DNA of 45,023 bases. Origin: Bacteroidales bacterium (GTDB taxonomy: Bacteria; Bacteroidota; Bacteroidia; Bacteroidales; PWNQ01). This document shows positions 1-11,000 of this stretch, piece after piece. The notes under the pieces are model-generated. The model was not told the origin of the DNA. It made no database searches and saw nothing but the letters and a program-made list of their open reading frames with translations. Location: contig PWNQ01000205.1 of the NCBI GenBank assembly GCA_003557725.1, forward strand, positions 1-45,023. The letters run 5' to 3'. The position numbers and the translations under genes were made by a program. Position 1 is the first letter of the stretch. Each line of letters starts with the position of its first letter.

Positions 1-2571
1 GTGTTTTGCTGGCTGGGTAATGCCAACCTGTTGCTGGCCATTATCAAGCTTATTGAGGACTCCATGAACGTGCAACACGATGTGGAAGAAGTGGGTGTAC
101 AGGTGATCATCCTGGTGGAAGATAATATTCGCTTTTATTCCAGCTACCTGCCCATTATTTACCGCATTATCTTTAAGCAGTCCAAGGAGTTTATGGCCGA
201 AGGCCTTAACGAACACCAGAAGATGTTACGTATGCGTGGCCGACCCAAGATATTGCTGGCCCGTACCTATGAGGATGCGGTCCAATACTATGATAGATAC
301 CGCCATAACCTGTTGGGCATTATATCCGATATCAGCTATAACCGGAAAAATAAGATGGATAAGTATGCCGGTATTCGCTTATGTCAAAAGGTGCGCAAAG
401 AAGATAAGTTTTTGCCCTTCCTACTCCAGTCAAGCGAAGGAGCCAATGAAAAGCTGGCCCGAAGGGAGCGGGTAGGGTTCATCAACAAAAACTCCAAAGC
501 CCTGTTAAAAGAGCTGCGGGATTATATTGTTCAAAACTTTGCCTTTGGTGATTTTATCTTTCTGGACCCCCCCACGGGAGAAGAGATAGACCGTGCCACC
601 GACCTTAAATCCTTTCAACAAAAGCTGTTTTCCATTCCCAGCGACTCGCTCAACTACCATATTCAACGCAATCATGTTTCTAAATGGCTTAACGCCAGAG
701 CGCTATTCCCTATTGCGGAAATGTTTAAGCACATACGGCCCGAAGATTTTGATAACCTGGAAGAGGTACGCCGCTTTTTATTTGATACCATTGCCTCTTA
801 CCGCCGTGGAAAAGGGAGGGGGGTAATTGCCAAGTTCTACCGGGAACGGTTTGATGAATATCTGATCTTTTCCCGGATCGGGGAGGGGTCTATAGGCGGT
901 AAAGCCCGGGGGCTGGCCTTTATCGACTCCCTGCTGAAAAAGCACAGCCTGATGGACAAATACAAAAATGTGATCATTACCATCCCAAGAACCGTGGTGC
1001 TGAGCACGGATGTGTTTGATGAATATATGGAGGAAAACGAACTGCATTCGGTGGCCCTTTCCAACGCCGACAACCAGGAGATACTGGAGCACTTTATTGC
1101 TGCACGTCTGCCTTTCAGAATACATAAAGACTTGCTGGCCTTTATCCAGGTCATCTCCAATCCCATTGCCGTTAGGTCCTCCAGCCTTCTGGAAGACAGT
1201 CATTACCAGCCATTCGCCGGAATCTACAGCACCTATATGGTGCCCAATATCAAAAACGATGAGCGTCAGATGCTGGAAATGCTCAGCAATGCTATAAAAA
1301 GCGTCTATGCATCCGTATATTTTAAGGACAGCAAAGCATATATGGAGGCCACTTCCAACGTGATCGACGAGGAAAAAATGGCCATTGTCCTTCAGGAAGT
1401 TTGTGGCTCAGAGCGGAAAGAGCTGGACAACCTGTTCGCACCCAATATCTCAGGGGTGGCACGATCCATAAATTTCTACCCGCTGGGACCGGAAAAGCCG
1501 GAAGATGGCATTGCCAGTGTGGCCATCGGACTGGGGAAATATGTGGTAGACGGAGCACAAAGCCTGCGGTTCTCTCCAAAATATCCCAAAAAAATCCTGC
1601 AGCTATCTTCCCCTGATATGGCCCTGCGCGATACACAAAAATACTTCTTTGCCCTGGACCTAAAGGAAGACAGCTTTCAGCCTTCCGTGGATGACGCAAT
1701 TAACCTTAGGAAAATACCCATCAAAGAGGTAGCCCAATCCAAAGACTTTAAGCATGTGCTCTCTACCTATGATATGGAGAACAACCGCATCAGGGACGGA
1801 GTGAACTACAAGGGAAAAAAACTGGTGACCTTTGCCAATATATTAAAAAATAATATGTTCCCGCTGGCCAGCATACTGGATGATGTGCTTAAAACCGGGC
1901 AAAAGGCCATGAACAACCCCATTGAAATTGAGTTTGCGGTGAATATGAACACGCCGGAAAACCATCCAATGGTATTTAGTATGTTGCAGATCCGACCCAT
2001 TGTGGAGCAAAAGGCACAGGTGAACGTGGATCTGGAAAACGATATCAAGCCCGAAGACTGCATTATCTTCTCGCAGAATGCTTTGGGAAATGGGGAGATC
2101 AGCGACCTGCACCATGTGGTCTATGTGAAACCCCGCTCTTTTAAAGCGGCCAATAACCCGAAAATCGTTCAGGAGGTGGAGAAAATCAATGCCTCGCTCC
2201 GGAAAAACAAGGAGAATTTCATCCTCATAGGACCCGGACGGTGGGGGTCCAGCGACCCCTGGCTGGGAATTCCCGTCAAATGGCCGCAAATATCTCAGGC
2301 ACGAGTAATTGTGGAATCAGGATTGCCCGACTACCGCATAGACCCCTCCCAGGGAACCCACTTCTTCCAAAACCTTACCTCCTTTCATGTGGGATACCTC
2401 ACCGTAAACCCCCATGAAAATAGCGGATACTATGATGTGGAATACCTGGATAAACAAAAAGCCGTTGATGAAACACAATACCTGCGGCATGTGACCTTCG
2501 AAAAACCGGTGATCGTGAAAATTGACGGAAGAAAAAATATGGGCGTAGTACTCAGGGACGATTTTCAGTAA
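1..2571 (+). CDS. PEP/pyruvate-binding (PPDK_N, PEP synthase-like) protein with N-terminal receiver-like region; 5' partial
   Basis: ATP-grasp PPDK_N motifs IGGKARGLAF, AVRSSSLLEDS, FAGIYSTY, MAIVLQEV, GLGKYVV, IEFAV..LQIRP; receiver-like IILVEDN..LLGIISD segment; open from the window edge. Confidence 0.85.
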   Translation: MFCWLGNANLLLAIIKLIEDSMNVQHDVEEVGVQVIILVEDNIRFYSSYLPIIYRIIFKQSKEFMAEGLNEHQKMLRMRGRPKILLARTYEDAVQYYDRYRHNLLGIISDISYNRKNKMDKYAGIRLCQKVRKEDKFLPFLLQSSEGANEKLARRERVGFINKNSKALLKELRDYIVQNFAFGDFIFLDPPTGEEIDRATDLKSFQQKLFSIPSDSLNYHIQRNHVSKWLNARALFPIAEMFKHIRPEDFDNLEEVRRFLFDTIASYRRGKGRGVIAKFYRERFDEYLIFSRIGEGSIGGKARGLAFIDSLLKKHSLMDKYKNVIITIPRTVVLSTDVFDEYMEENELHSVALSNADNQEILEHFIAARLPFRIHKDLLAFIQVISNPIAVRSSSLLEDSHYQPFAGIYSTYMVPNIKNDERQMLEMLSNAIKSVYASVYFKDSKAYMEATSNVIDEEKMAIVLQEVCGSERKELDNLFAPNISGVARSINFYPLGPEKPEDGIASVAIGLGKYVVDGAQSLRFSPKYPKKILQLSSPDMALRDTQKYFFALDLKEDSFQPSVDDAINLRKIPIKEVAQSKDFKHVLSTYDMENNRIRDGVNYKGKKLVTFANILKNNMFPLASILDDVLKTGQKAMNNPIEIEFAVNMNTPENHPMVFSMLQIRPIVEQKAQVNVDLENDIKPEDCIIFSQNALGNGEISDLHHVVYVKPRSFKAANNPKIVQEVEKINASLRKNKENFILIGPGRWGSSDPWLGIPVKWPQISQARVIVESGLPDYRIDPSQGTHFFQNLTSFHVGYLTVNPHENSGYYDVEYLDKQKAVDETQYLRHVTFEKPVIVKIDGRKNMGVVLRDDFQ

Positions 2572-2794
2572 TAACGGTGACTTTTCTTTATAGAATTGCC
2601 AGTAGAGAATTTAGCTTTTCATTTAAATTAGAGGAAGCCATGGAAGGCGCTTTGGGGGCGCAAGACTTTAGCAGAATGGATATACCCGCCATATGGTGCC
2701 AGGTAATATAGTCGGAATTTCTATAGTTTTGGTTAACTGAAATATATAATATTTTGCAGTAAGCCTGTTTGTTTGTATTTCGGCCGTTAAAAAA

Positions 2795-2838
2795 TATGTA
2801 CTATACTTCTGTAAATTATGTACGATACTTCTGTAAAT
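2795..2838. repeat. 22-bp tandem duplication (2 copies, 1 mismatch)
   Basis: tatgtactatacttctgtaaat / tatgtacgatacttctgtaaat. Confidence 0.9.
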
Positions 2839-2908
2839 AATGAAGCTGTCCGATGGGTCAAAGATAATTGAGCCCGCTCTCAATATTCCATAAACCAATT
2901 CCTTTTTG

Positions 2909-2916
2909 TATTTTTG
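2909..2916 (+). promoter_or_regulatory. Bacteroidota -7 promoter box upstream of ybaB/ebfC
   Basis: TATTTTTG matches the TAnnTTTG consensus. Confidence 0.45.
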
Positions 2917-3074
2917 CACTGTAAAAGATGTTTTGCATGGCAAAACAGGTTCTAACATGTTGCAATTATGCATGTTAACCCACTTTATGCTGCTTTTTTA
3001 CATATTTTACTTTTACTGCTGTCATAAAGCGTCTATTTACGTGCGAAACTTTATTAATTAATGGATTATTATTT

Positions 3075-3148
3075 ATGAGGCCGGTCTAAAAACACACATT
3101 TTTTACATCCGCTGAAAATCAAAAGTAACCTTTTTAGATTGGACTCAT
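3075..3148 (+). repeat. MITE/REP-like element family A, copy A1 (74 bp, imperfect terminal inverted repeats)
   Basis: atgaggccggtctaaaaa...ccgctgaaaatcaaaag...tttttagattggactcat; 71/74 identical to the reverse complement of 37793-37866. Confidence 0.9.
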
Positions 3149-3174
3149 TTATATAAATCAAAAATTAAAATCAA

Positions 3175-3471
3175 ATGTTTGGAAATTTAAAAGATAAGAT
3201 CAAAGACGCCCATGAGGAAATGAAAGTCAAGTTGGAGCAGGTAACTCAAACGGGCAGTGCGGCAGACGGTAAAGTGAAAGTGGAAGTGAACGGCAACCGG
3301 AAAGTGCTGACCGTGCTGCTGGATCCGCAAGTCTACAGGGATAGCAAACCGGAAGAAATGGAAGACCTGGTGAGGGAAGCCGCCAATAATGCTTTGAAAA
3401 AGGCTGAGCTTCACGCAGAAGATGAAATGGTGAATATGGCTAAAGGAATGCTTCCCCCCGGGTTGTTGTGA
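3175..3471 (+). CDS. ybaB: YbaB/EbfC family nucleoid-associated protein
   Basis: 98 aa; GSAADGKVKVEVNGNRKV..MEDLVREAANNALKKA..M..GMLPPGL pattern. Confidence 0.88.
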   Translation: MFGNLKDKIKDAHEEMKVKLEQVTQTGSAADGKVKVEVNGNRKVLTVLLDPQVYRDSKPEEMEDLVREAANNALKKAELHAEDEMVNMAKGMLPPGLL

Positions 3472-3754
3472 TTGTGGCCCCGAAGCAAACCCTTGTTGCG
3501 TTAAAAAACGGAAAATGGCCGGATTGTAACCCAATATGATTATGAGGTTATGCTTTTTTGGCGGATTTTTTGCCTGTTTCCGGTTTTTTTGCACGGAATT
3601 TTCCCTGCTCTGGGTTTTAAAAAATGCTAAATATTAGCTTACTACCACTTTCAGAGCGGTTATTATTACGAAAATGATAATTTGTTTTTGCACACCGGAT
3701 AGTATTATTATAAAAGCTGTATATTAGTGGTGTTTTTTTAACGATAAAGATATT

Positions 3755-4024
3755 ATGGAATTTGATTTTTCAATTGGCGATCAAGACCTAATGGCACAGA
3801 TCGATGATATTATTGATCAGCACCTTGAGGAGGGTGAGCCTGCCATTACCGGCGAAACGTTAAAGCGTCTCGCGGCGGAAGGGTACACCGATTTTCAGGC
3901 GCGTGAGCTGATAGGGCAGTGTGTTGCTTTTGAGATCACCAGCGACCGGGGGTTTAGCGATCGACGGTATGTCAAGCATCTGACTTCTTTGCCGGCCATT
4001 AATTTTGAATGGGAAGGGAGATAA
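3755..4024 (+). CDS. small acidic hypothetical protein
   Basis: 89 aa, ATG start after an AT-rich leader; helical pattern ETLKRLAAEGY..ARELIGQCVAFEI..RYVKHL..LP resembling a conserved hypothetical family. Confidence 0.65.
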   Translation: MEFDFSIGDQDLMAQIDDIIDQHLEEGEPAITGETLKRLAAEGYTDFQARELIGQCVAFEITSDRGFSDRRYVKHLTSLPAINFEWEGR

Positions 4025-4101
4025 CTATAGGCCCGGGGCGCTTTTTTTCTGAATGGCCGTTCGGGTAAGGCATAACTTTTACTTTTTTTTACAGGGGGCA
4101 G

Positions 4102-4145
4102 AAAAAAGCAAACAGGCCGGAGAACATTGTTCGCCGGCCTGTTGC
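4102..4145 (-). terminator. intrinsic terminator downstream of the tricorn gene
   Basis: stem aacaggccgg-a-gaac / gttc-g-ccggcctgtt preceded by A6 (U-tract on the minus strand). Confidence 0.75.
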
Positions 4146-4179
4146 ATTTCTTTAGTACGGATGATCCACCCGGTAGTGG

Positions 4180-7100
4180 TTATTGGTCATCATCCTGGTT
4201 TTCATCATCTTCTTCGGGCTGTTCCTCTTCATCTTTTGACTTGTCCGGGAAGGGGGGGATTTCCGGGATCTCTTTATATTGGTCCAGTTGTTCAAGGATC
4301 ACCTCGATAGCTTTTTCCAGCTGTTGGTCAGTACCTTTAAATTCTTTTGCCGGGTCGTTAACCACTACGATATGGGGTTCCACACCGTGTCCCTCAATGA
4401 TCCATTTCTGTTCCTCGGCAGAATAGGATGCATATTCGGGCTTTCTCATATCGGCGCCATCAATAAAAGGCAATGATCCCCGGATGCCTACCACACCACC
4501 CCATGACCTTACGCCAATGACCGTTCCCAGGTTATGTTTCTTAAACGAGTATGGAAACAGGTCGCCATCAGAGGCAGAATATTCGTTGATCAGCAGTACG
4601 ATGGGGCCTCGCATCATTTGGCGGGGCGTTTGTCCCGGGATTTCCACGTTGCGGGCCATATTGGAGCGGGTCATCTCCCGGCGCAGGCGCTCAATAATCA
4701 TGGGAGATACGTTTCCGCCACCATTGCCACGGTCATCTATGATCAACGCTTTTTTGTCCAACTGTGGATAAAAATATTTGGCAAACTCATTCAACCCATC
4801 AGTCACCATATTGGGGATATGAATATAGCCCACCTGGCCGTCGGTAGCTTCATTTACCCGGTCCACATTGTTTCTGACCCAGTTGAAATAATACAGGTCC
4901 GATTCATCCTTCACAGGCTTCACCAGCACCGTGCGGCTGCCTTCCATGGATGGGCGCTGGTTTATACGAAGCTTAACGGTCTTTTCTGCCGTATTAAGAA
5001 GATGCTCATAGATGGAGCGGCTTCCCTTTAGGTCGTTGCCATTGATGGCCAAAATATAGTCGCCCTCGTTTACATCTACTCCTATTTCTGTAAGGGGTGA
5101 ACGTACGTTGTCACGCCAGTTTTCCCCACGCAGGATTTTTGTTACCCGGAAATAGCCCGATGCGTCATCTTTTTCAAACCGGGCACCTAAAAGGCCGGTA
5201 TATACTTTTTCGGTAGTGATCTGGTCGCCACCATTCACATAGGCATGACCCACATTAAGCTCTCCGATAAGCTCTCCAATAATGTAGTTCAAGTCGTTCC
5301 GGTCGCGGGCATGCGCTACCAGTGGCTTATATTTGGCATGCATATCCTCCCAGTCCACGCCATGCATGTGGGGATCGTAGAAAAAGTCACGCATCTGACG
5401 CCAGCTTTCATCATAGATCTGCTCCCATTCCTTGCGCTTATCCACCTGTATCTTCATATGGGACAAGTCCATGGGGTCTTTTACCTCAATGGATGAGGCG
5501 GGTAGAGGGATAATGGCATAGTTGCTGCCTTGCCTTACCAGCATATGCTCACCGTTGGCTGCAATGGAAAAGCCCAGGTTGCTGCCCAGGGTCACTTCTT
5601 CTTTGGTGTTGAAGTCAAACATTTTCAAGCTGGTACTGCCTGCACTGTGAGAACGCTCATGGTAGTAGAGGCGTCCGGGCGTAGCGCTAAGGCTTCCATA
5701 ATTGGAGGCCGATATGGGAAGCACGGTGATACGGTCTTTGATACCCGAAATATCCACCTCCATGTCTTCCCCACTGCTGCCTTCATTGTCGCCTTCATCA
5801 TTTGTGGAGACCTCATCATTTTCATAGGCAAAAGGCGAGGGAGTCTGGCCATTCAAAGTGATCAGGTAAATCTTAGACATATCCCTGTAGGCATGGTTCC
5901 ATTCGGTTTCGCTGTAAATGGGATTAAAACTCCGTCCGGAGACAAAAAACAGATACTTTCCGTCGGTGCTGAAAGCGGGACTGGAGGAGCTGTACCAGGT
6001 GTCGGTTACAGGATGGCTTTCCTGGTTATCCACATCATACAGGAATATTTGGTTCATTTCATTGGGTTGCCGGTCAGCATAGGCGATCCATTTCCCGTCG
6101 GGCGACCAGTCGAAACCGGTGATCTCCCATTTTTTGGACCGGGTTACTTCGGTGATCTCTTTGCTGTTTATATCCAGATAACGTAAACGCAGTTTTTTAT
6201 CGCTCCAGAGCAGTTTGTCGCTGTTGGGCGACCACTGAAGTCTGAACTTATAGGTGTGGGCATCACCGGTAAGCTGCACAGCCGTTTTGCTTCCGTCCTG
6301 AGCTACAATATATATTTCAAACTCACCGCTGTCGTCGGAGATGTAGGCAATATGTTTGCCATCGGGCGACCAGGCAGCATTTCGTGCATGCACGCCGGGA
6401 GCCTGTGTAAGGTTGCGGGTGATGCCGCTGCTGGCCGGAACGGTGAATACTTCGCCACGGGCACAAAAAACCGCCCGCATACCATCGGGAGAAACACCGG
6501 CGATGTTGATATATTGAGAGGCATCCACCCACGCCTGGCGGCCACGAACTTTGTCATCCTCAACATAAATGTCCAAACGCTCATGCTCTTCCGTATCCAG
6601 ATCCATACGATAAATATATCCACCATTTTCAAAAACAATGGCATTATCACCGATGGAAGGAAACTTAATATCAAACCGGGTGAAGTGGGTCACCTTACGT
6701 ACCTCTTCCGTATCCAGGTCATAGGCAAACAGGTTCATGGTACGGTCACGGTCGGAAATAAAATAAATGGTGTTATTATGCCACATGGGAATAATATCCT
6801 GGGCTATATGATCGGTGATGGTTTGTGTTTCTTCGGTCTCAAAGTCATAGATATGGATATCGTCGGCCATTCCTCCCCGGTAGTATTTCCAGGTTCGAAA
6901 CTCACGAAAGACCTGGTTATAGGCCATTTTAGACCCGTCATCATTAAACGATAGAAATCCTCCACGGGGTACCGGAAGCTGGGTTTCCATGCCACCCTCC
7001 ACAGGCACACTGTAGAGCTGGCCCACAAAATCGTTGAATGTGCGGTTTCTTGACCGGAATACCACCTGGCTGCCATCGGGCTTCCAGGCCATTACTATGT

Positions 7101-7458
7101 TGTTGGGCCCCATGCGGTCCGAGACATCATCGCGATCCAGCGTGGCGGTATAAGTCAGACGGCGGGGTTCGCCGCCCCGGGAGGGCATCACATAAACTTC
7201 CAGGTTACCATCATATTGCCCGGTAAAGGCGATCTGACTTCCATCGGGAGAAAAACGGGCAAACATTTCATAGCCCTGTCCTGATGTGATCTTTCGGGCT
7301 GTACCCCCTTCACTATTCACTAAATACAGATTACCCGCATAGGTGAATACGATCTGATCCCCATGAATGTGGGGGAAACGCAACAATCGCGTGCTCTCAC
7401 GGGAAAAGCCGGCCAGAAAAAACAGCACCGCCATACCCGTTAATATAAACTTCCTCAT
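4180..7458 (-). CDS. Tricorn protease homolog (S41 family, beta-propellers + PDZ)
   Basis: 1092 aa; signal peptide; PD40-like repeats (FSPDG, WSPDG); IIDDRGNGGG; catalytic SASDGD; IIEGHGVEPHI. Confidence 0.95.
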   Translation of the reverse strand: MRKFILTGMAVLFFLAGFSRESTRLLRFPHIHGDQIVFTYAGNLYLVNSEGGTARKITSGQGYEMFARFSPDGSQIAFTGQYDGNLEVYVMPSRGGEPRRLTYTATLDRDDVSDRMGPNNIVMAWKPDGSQVVFRSRNRTFNDFVGQLYSVPVEGGMETQLPVPRGGFLSFNDDGSKMAYNQVFREFRTWKYYRGGMADDIHIYDFETEETQTITDHIAQDIIPMWHNNTIYFISDRDRTMNLFAYDLDTEEVRKVTHFTRFDIKFPSIGDNAIVFENGGYIYRMDLDTEEHERLDIYVEDDKVRGRQAWVDASQYINIAGVSPDGMRAVFCARGEVFTVPASSGITRNLTQAPGVHARNAAWSPDGKHIAYISDDSGEFEIYIVAQDGSKTAVQLTGDAHTYKFRLQWSPNSDKLLWSDKKLRLRYLDINSKEITEVTRSKKWEITGFDWSPDGKWIAYADRQPNEMNQIFLYDVDNQESHPVTDTWYSSSSPAFSTDGKYLFFVSGRSFNPIYSETEWNHAYRDMSKIYLITLNGQTPSPFAYENDEVSTNDEGDNEGSSGEDMEVDISGIKDRITVLPISASNYGSLSATPGRLYYHERSHSAGSTSLKMFDFNTKEEVTLGSNLGFSIAANGEHMLVRQGSNYAIIPLPASSIEVKDPMDLSHMKIQVDKRKEWEQIYDESWRQMRDFFYDPHMHGVDWEDMHAKYKPLVAHARDRNDLNYIIGELIGELNVGHAYVNGGDQITTEKVYTGLLGARFEKDDASGYFRVTKILRGENWRDNVRSPLTEIGVDVNEGDYILAINGNDLKGSRSIYEHLLNTAEKTVKLRINQRPSMEGSRTVLVKPVKDESDLYYFNWVRNNVDRVNEATDGQVGYIHIPNMVTDGLNEFAKYFYPQLDKKALIIDDRGNGGGNVSPMIIERLRREMTRSNMARNVEIPGQTPRQMMRGPIVLLINEYSASDGDLFPYSFKKHNLGTVIGVRSWGGVVGIRGSLPFIDGADMRKPEYASYSAEEQKWIIEGHGVEPHIVVVNDPAKEFKGTDQQLEKAIEVILEQLDQYKEIPEIPPFPDKSKDEEEQPEEDDENQDDDQ

Positions 7459-7575
7459 TTGATTATGATTTAATGATTTATAAAAATTCTGTATGAGCCA
7501 GCACCGCCTGGCTCATAATTCAGAGAAACCAGAGAGTCGGGCGGTAGCTTGCAACAACTTATGTGTATTTAACAG

Positions 7576-7614
7576 AAAAATACCGACAGACTACCCCGGA
7601 GGGTAGTTTGCCGG
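7576..7614 (-). terminator. intrinsic terminator after the RND operon
   Basis: ccgacagactaccc-cgga-gggtagtttgccgg hairpin preceded by an A-run. Confidence 0.65.
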
Positions 7615-7652
7615 CAACAAAAATAATCAAAAATACAGAGAGGACAAATGGC

Positions 7653-7946
7653 TTAAACCATTTGTTCAATATTCCATACGAATGCACGGATACCCACCTC
7701 TTTATTAATTTCATCAAGGCGTTTTACCGCCTCTAACAGTTTATTCACTTTTTCTTCTTCCACCACCGTAATGATGGCATGGTTTTTTTCCGGCCAGGTA
7801 TGGGTTCCCATGTGTGGGTCACCGGTATGGGAACCTCTTCCAAAGACTTCATTCCATTGGGAGAAGCCGCGTACTTCCAGGTAGTCCAGCATGTATTCCA
7901 CTTTTTCCGAATGGGCTTGATTAAAAACTATAAAAACAGACTTCAT
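7653..7946 (-). CDS. PG0541-family (P-II-like) transporter-associated protein
   Basis: 97 aa; VRGFSQWNEVFGRGS..GDPHMGTHTWP..GIRAFVW; last gene of the RND operon. Confidence 0.85.
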   Translation of the reverse strand: MKSVFIVFNQAHSEKVEYMLDYLEVRGFSQWNEVFGRGSHTGDPHMGTHTWPEKNHAIITVVEEEKVNKLLEAVKRLDEINKEVGIRAFVWNIEQMV

Positions 7947-8073
7947 GGGTTAATATTGATTTGTAATAATGTTTTTGTACTACTACTGTTAGCATTTAGC
8001 ATCGGTGATAAATGGCGTTTCTGCAGCCTTTTGGTTCTCACATATTCCCGGCCGTAATCCGGGGTGGGGCGAA

Positions 8074-11000
8074 TTATGCTTTATCCATTTTTTCTTCCAT
8101 AAAGGAGAATTTAGCTCTAACCCGTTGTTTTTTATTTCGTTCTCCTTTTGTTCCGAAGATTCTGTAAATCACGGGGACGATGATCATAGTAATAATGGTA
8201 GATGCCACCAGTCCGCCGATTACAGCTATTCCCATTGGGCTCCATATTTCGGCACCTTCTCCGGTAGACAGGGCCAGGGGCAGCATTCCCAGGGTTGTTG
8301 TGGCCGCGGTCATAAGCACGGGGCGCAGCCTCAGTCTTCCGGATCGAACGATGGCTTCATCCAGCTCATATCCCCGGTCTCTCATTAGGTTAATATAGTC
8401 CACCAGCACAATAGCGTTTTTCACTACGATTCCCACCAGCATCACACTTCCCAGTCCTGCGATAATGCTAAGGTTGGTGTTGGTAACCAGTAGTGCCAGA
8501 ATCACCCCGGAGAAGGCAAAGGGGATGGAGAACATAATGATAAAGGGCATTTTCAGTGATTCAAACTGGGATGCCATGACGATATATACCAACACCAGGC
8601 TTAATGCCAACAGCAGGGCCAGGTCGGTAAATCCTTCCTGTTGGTCTTCAAAGGCACCACCCACTTCAATAATGACCTCTCTGGGTTTTTCCATTTGGTT
8701 TACCACCTGGTTGATTGCCTGGGCCAGATCGCCCAGCGAGGCTCCATAAGGAGTTGCCGAGACGGTTACCATGCGTTCCCGTCCTTTTCGTTCAATATTG
8801 GGCGGTGAGTAGTGTTCCACCACCTTCCCCAGTTCTCCCAGACGCACAGAAGTTCCCATGGGGGTTTGCAGGGCAATATTTTCAATATGGGAGATGCTGT
8901 TACGGAACTCTTTTTTAAAGCGGACCACCACGTCATATTCTTCGCCTTCTTCCCGGTATCGTGTGGCAGTCATTCCTTCCACTCTGTTGTACAAGGCGGT
9001 GGATACATTTGCTGTATTTAGTCCGTGGGCGGCCATTTTTTCCCGGTCCAGTTCCACGCGCATTTCAGGCTTTTCATCTTCCCGGCTGATGCTTACCTCC
9101 CGTGCTCCGGGAATCAATTCCAGGCTATCAGCTATTTGTTCTGCCAGTCTGGTGGTGGTTTGGAAGTCATATCCAAAGATTTCCACATCCACCTGGTTTC
9201 CACCAAAGCCGGTACCGGCAGCAGTTACGCTATAGTCAATAATATCAGGGATCTTTCCCAGGTCGCCCCGAACCGACTCAACAATCTCCCAAACAGATCG
9301 TTTCCGGTCTTCCAGGTCAGTCAGGCCAACCGTAATATTAATGATATTGGATCCGGTAGACTGGAACATGGACATGAATCCACCCTGGTCGTCGGCCCCT
9401 GCGGAAGTGGATATAAGTCTCATTTCCGGCACGTTGGCTTCCAGCAGGCTGTCCACATAGCGGGCCACTTCAATGGTTTTATCGGCTCGGATACCCGGTT
9501 GAAGTTCAACGGATATATTAAAGCGGCCCTCATCGGTTTCCGGAATAAATTCTGTGCTGAGACGGCTGGCCATCAATACAGATAAAACAAGGATGCCCAG
9601 GGCAGAAAAGACAATAATTCGTTTATGGCTTAAGCTCCATTTTAAGAACTGGCTGTATTTTAAATCCAGCTTATCCAGTAACGGCCTGATTTTTCGGTCG
9701 TAACTCCAGGATGAAGAAGAAGTCGTTTGCTTTTTCATGCTTAACAGCTTTGAGCTGAGCATAGGCGTAAGGGAAATGGCGGCCAGGGTAGAGGTGATTA
9801 CGGTGATGGTTACAATCCATCCCAATTGCCGGAACATTACACCGGTCATGCCGCCCAGTAAGGTCATGGGGAAAAATACGGCCACAATGGTGAGGGTGGT
9901 CACAATCACCGCCAGCCAAACCTCATTGGTGGCATATATGGCCGCCTCCCGCGGACTGGCACCCCGCTCAATATGCTTGCTAATGTTCTCTAAAATCACA
10001 ATGGCATCGTCTACCACCATGCCAATGGCAATGGATAGCGCGGATAATGAAATAACATTCACTGAATTACCCGATATTCGCAGATAAATAAAGGCTACAA
10101 TGAGCGAAATGGGGATGGTGAGTACCACAATAAAGGTGGCTCGCCAGCGACCGAGGAAAAATAATACCACCAACACCACGAAAATCAAGGCGAAAAGCAA
10201 GGTGCGGGTAAGGTTGTTGATGGAACCACGGATAAATTCACTGGTATCAAAGACGGGTAAAATACTAACATCGGCGGGAAGGCTTCCGCTCACCTCATCA
10301 ATCAGTTGGTTCACTTCCCGGGCTACCCGCACCGTATTGGCTCCTGACTGCTTCATAACCAGCATGCGCACGCCGTCTTTGCCGTCGATCTTTTCATCCA
10401 TGGACATCTCCCGCAGGGAGTCGCGCACGGTGGCCACATCCCTGAGATAGATGGCCTGGCCGTTGGCGTTACCCACCACAATATCCCGGATATAATCACT
10501 GCTTTTAAACTCTCCTTCCACCCGTAAGGGGTAATTCATTTCTCCCATTTCAATATTTCCGGTGGGCATGTTCATATTTTCCGCAGCCAGTATGCCTCCG
10601 ATCTGCTCAATGGTAAGGTTATAGGCTTCCAGCTTGCGCGGGTCTGCCTCAATGGCCACTTCCCTGACGGGGGCGCCGGCAATATTGATGGAGCCCACGC
10701 CGCTAATGCGGTTTAAGGGGTTGACCAACCGCTCTTCCAGTAGCTTTTCAAGCCCTTCATAGTGCTCATCGGCCGTAATGGCAAACATCTGAATGGGCAT
10801 CATGCTGGTGTTAAACTTGAAAATATTGGGCTCATCGGCCTCTTCCGGCAAGGCATCACGCACAAAAGCCAATGCATCACGGATATTATTGGCCGCCTCA
10901 CTGAGATCGGTCTCGTATTCGAACTCCAGGATCACAATGGACAGGTTGTCGCGGGAAACCGACCGTACCTCCTTCAAATCATCTACCGTGTTTACTGCAT

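Noticed and set aside
2668-2973. 101-aa minus-strand ORF in the intergenic region
   Set aside because: AT-rich, runs through the tandem duplication and a promoter-like box, and has no recognisable motifs.
5530-6954. Long antisense ORFs inside tricorn (similarly inside htpG, uvrB, EEP and the RND permease)
   Set aside because: Shadow ORFs on the opposite strand of well-supported genes.
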